NCBI GenBank assembly: GCA_024409055.1
Contig: JAKSUL010000003.1
Coordinates: forward strand, 16,829 to 80,828
Length of the DNA stretch: 64,000 nucleotides
Reading direction: 5' to 3'
From: Bacilli bacterium
GTDB taxonomy: Bacteria; Bacillota_I; Bacilli_A; RFN20; CAG-826
A model generated the notes under the pieces. The model saw nothing but the letters and a program-made list of their open reading frames with translations. It did not search any database and had not been told where the DNA came from. Made by a program: the position numbers and the translations under genes. This document shows positions 62,574-64,000 of the stretch, piece after piece; the stretch's first letter is position 1; every line of letters begins with the position of its first letter.

Positions 62574-62789
62574 ATGGAAAAGAAAACAGTTCAAATCACC
62601 ACCGAGTACATAACGCTCGGACAAATGCTCAAATTCGCCGACATCATATCTAACGGCGGAGAGGCGAAAGCGTTCCTTTCTATGAACGAAGTAAAAGTGA
62701 ATGGGGAAACCGATTCTAGACGAGGAAGAAAACTCCGCCCTGGAGACGTCGTCGAAGTAATCGGGATCCGAATTGAGATCATAGGATGA
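62574..62789 (+). CDS. yaaA: S4-like RNA-binding protein YaaA
   Basis: 71 aa, ITLGQMLKFADIISNGGEAKAFLSMNEVKVNGETDSRRGRKLRPGDVVEV. The position between dnaN and recF is conserved. Confidence 0.8.
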   Translation: MEKKTVQITTEYITLGQMLKFADIISNGGEAKAFLSMNEVKVNGETDSRRGRKLRPGDVVEVIGIRIEIIG

Positions 62790-63859
62790 TAATCACCCAC
62801 CTCGAACTTCGCGATTTTCGCGGGTACGAGAAGCTTTCCCTGGATTTGGGCGACGGGCTTAGCACCATCGCGGGCCCGAACGCGAGCGGGAAGAGCAATC
62901 TCGTAGAAGCCATCCATTACCTATCCCTCGCTAGGTCTTGGAGAACAAACGACGACAAAGACTTGATTAGAGACGGATGCGAATCCGCCACGATCAAAGC
63001 GACCGTCAAAGAGGGAAGCCTAATAAGAAAGATCGAAATAGAGATCTCGAAAGGCAAAAAGAAAGTCCTTCTTAACGGAAAACCGGTCAGAAGGCTTAGC
63101 GAGCTATCAAAACTCGTCAATGTCATAGTCTTCGCCCCGAGCGACGTGGCCTTATTCACGTCTAGCCCCGGCGAAAGGCGAAACTTCCTGGATATATCCT
63201 TGGGCAAGAAGTCTAGCGACTACTTCTCCCTGATATCCAAATATGGGAAGTTGCTTAAAGAGAGAAACGCCCTCCTTAAGCGAGAAAACCCCGATTTAAG
63301 ACTGATTGAGGTCTTGACCGAACAAATGGTCGAAGTGTCGCTGCCGCTCGTCCGCTACCGCCGCTTATACGTGGATGAGATCAACAGAGTTCTCCCGAAC
63401 ATAATCGAAAATGTCCGCGGAGAGCCGTGCAAAGCCAAGATTTATTACCGTCCATTCATTAAAGACGGCGATGGATTCGTGGAAGCGGCCAAAAAAGCGT
63501 ATCAAGATTCGCTTCAAAGCGATTTGATACACAAAAGCACTAGCGTTGGGCCCCATAGAGAAGATTTCTCGTTTAAGCTAAACGGGAAAGACATATCGAC
63601 TCATGGATCTCAAGGCGAAAATCGCATGGCGGTCTTCGCTCTTAAGATGTGTCCTTACTTCCTGATCGACGATCTCGATAGGAAACCGATCTGTGTGCTT
63701 GATGACGTTGCGAGCGAATTGGACGAAAAAAGAGTGGAGAACACACTCCGCTTCGCCAAAGGACTTGGTCAAACGTTCGTAACATCTACAAAACTTGAAA
63801 TCGACGGAGTCACCCACATCGACGTCTCCGCGAATAACGCCGTTATTAGGAGGAATTAA
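62786..63859 (+). CDS. recF: DNA replication and repair protein RecF
   Basis: Walker A GPNASGKSNLVEAI, signature-like SQGENRMAVFALK, and Walker B-like ICVLDDVASELD. Confidence 0.9.
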   Translation: MIITHLELRDFRGYEKLSLDLGDGLSTIAGPNASGKSNLVEAIHYLSLARSWRTNDDKDLIRDGCESATIKATVKEGSLIRKIEIEISKGKKKVLLNGKPVRRLSELSKLVNVIVFAPSDVALFTSSPGERRNFLDISLGKKSSDYFSLISKYGKLLKERNALLKRENPDLRLIEVLTEQMVEVSLPLVRYRRLYVDEINRVLPNIIENVRGEPCKAKIYYRPFIKDGDGFVEAAKKAYQDSLQSDLIHKSTSVGPHREDFSFKLNGKDISTHGSQGENRMAVFALKMCPYFLIDDLDRKPICVLDDVASELDEKRVENTLRFAKGLGQTFVTSTKLEIDGVTHIDVSANNAVIRRN

Positions 63860-63861
63860 CA

Positions 63862-64000
63862 ATGGCAGAAGAAGATAAGTTCACCTACGAAGAAAAAAGC
63901 GTTGAAAACGAGAAAGAACTCGAAAAAGCCGACGCTAGCTACACCGGTAGCAACATTCAAGTCCTCGAAGGTCTTGAAGCCGTCAGGAAACGTCCTGGCA
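63862..64000 (+). CDS. gyrB: DNA gyrase subunit B, N-terminal 46 codons only
   Basis: AGGAGG at 63849-63854. My translation is MAEEDKFTYEEKSVENEKELEKADASYTGSNIQVLEGLEAVRKRPG, containing the conserved IQVLEGLEAVRKRPG motif. The gene runs off the window. Confidence 0.9.
   Translation, partial: MAEEDKFTYEEKSVENEKELEKADASYTGSNIQVLEGLEAVRKRPG

Noticed and set aside
1-64000. CRISPR arrays, tRNA or rRNA genes, IS elements, integrases, prophage, restriction-modification or other defence systems
   Set aside because: I found no direct-repeat/spacer arrays, no cloverleaf-like or rRNA-like conserved stretches in intergenic regions, and no transposase, integrase, Cas or methylase motifs in any ORF translation. 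The intergenic regions are short and accounted for by promoters, terminators and oriC.
1-64000. Alternative genetic code (TGA read as Trp, as in Mycoplasma and Spiroplasma)
   Set aside because: Long ORFs with conserved motifs are uninterrupted under the standard code. TGA sits at sensible gene ends with coupled restarts (e.g. ATGA at 464-467, TGA at 16047-16049 and 17817-17819).

Overview
This 64 kb window is an origin-proximal chromosomal segment of a low-GC Bacillota or Mollicutes-like bacterium that uses the standard code (TGA is a stop, for example at 464-466, 16047-16049 and 17817-17819). The right end carries the classic oriC neighbourhood: mnmE, jag, yidC, rnpA, rpmH, then DnaA boxes, dnaA, an AT-rich spacer, dnaN, yaaA, recF and gyrB. 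rpmH is missing from the supplied ORF track. Left of the origin, most genes lie on the minus strand. They include a Bacillus-like housekeeping block (tatD, rnmV, rsmA, ispE, a truncated glmU-like gene, mfd, pth, rqcP/yabO, ftsH, dusB, lysS), potABCD, two paralogous heterodimeric ABC exporter pairs and ppdK.

There are four accessory regions:
- A lipoprotein-rich glycan-uptake operon (1-12166), headed by a LacI repressor, in which I recognise no classical glycoside hydrolase.
- An ArsR-like regulator divergent from a four-gene operon of secreted or surface proteins (12295-18685).
- A Doc/Fic-like gene with a Gln in place of the catalytic His. It sits behind a duplicated, four-segment alternative-pairing leader (25086-26135).
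- A complete GDP-D-glycero-alpha-D-manno-heptose pathway cluster divergent from an FGGY kinase (43102-47687).

I found no rRNA, tRNA, CRISPR array, IS element, prophage or recognisable defence system. All functional calls rest on motif recognition by eye in the supplied translations. No database search was run.
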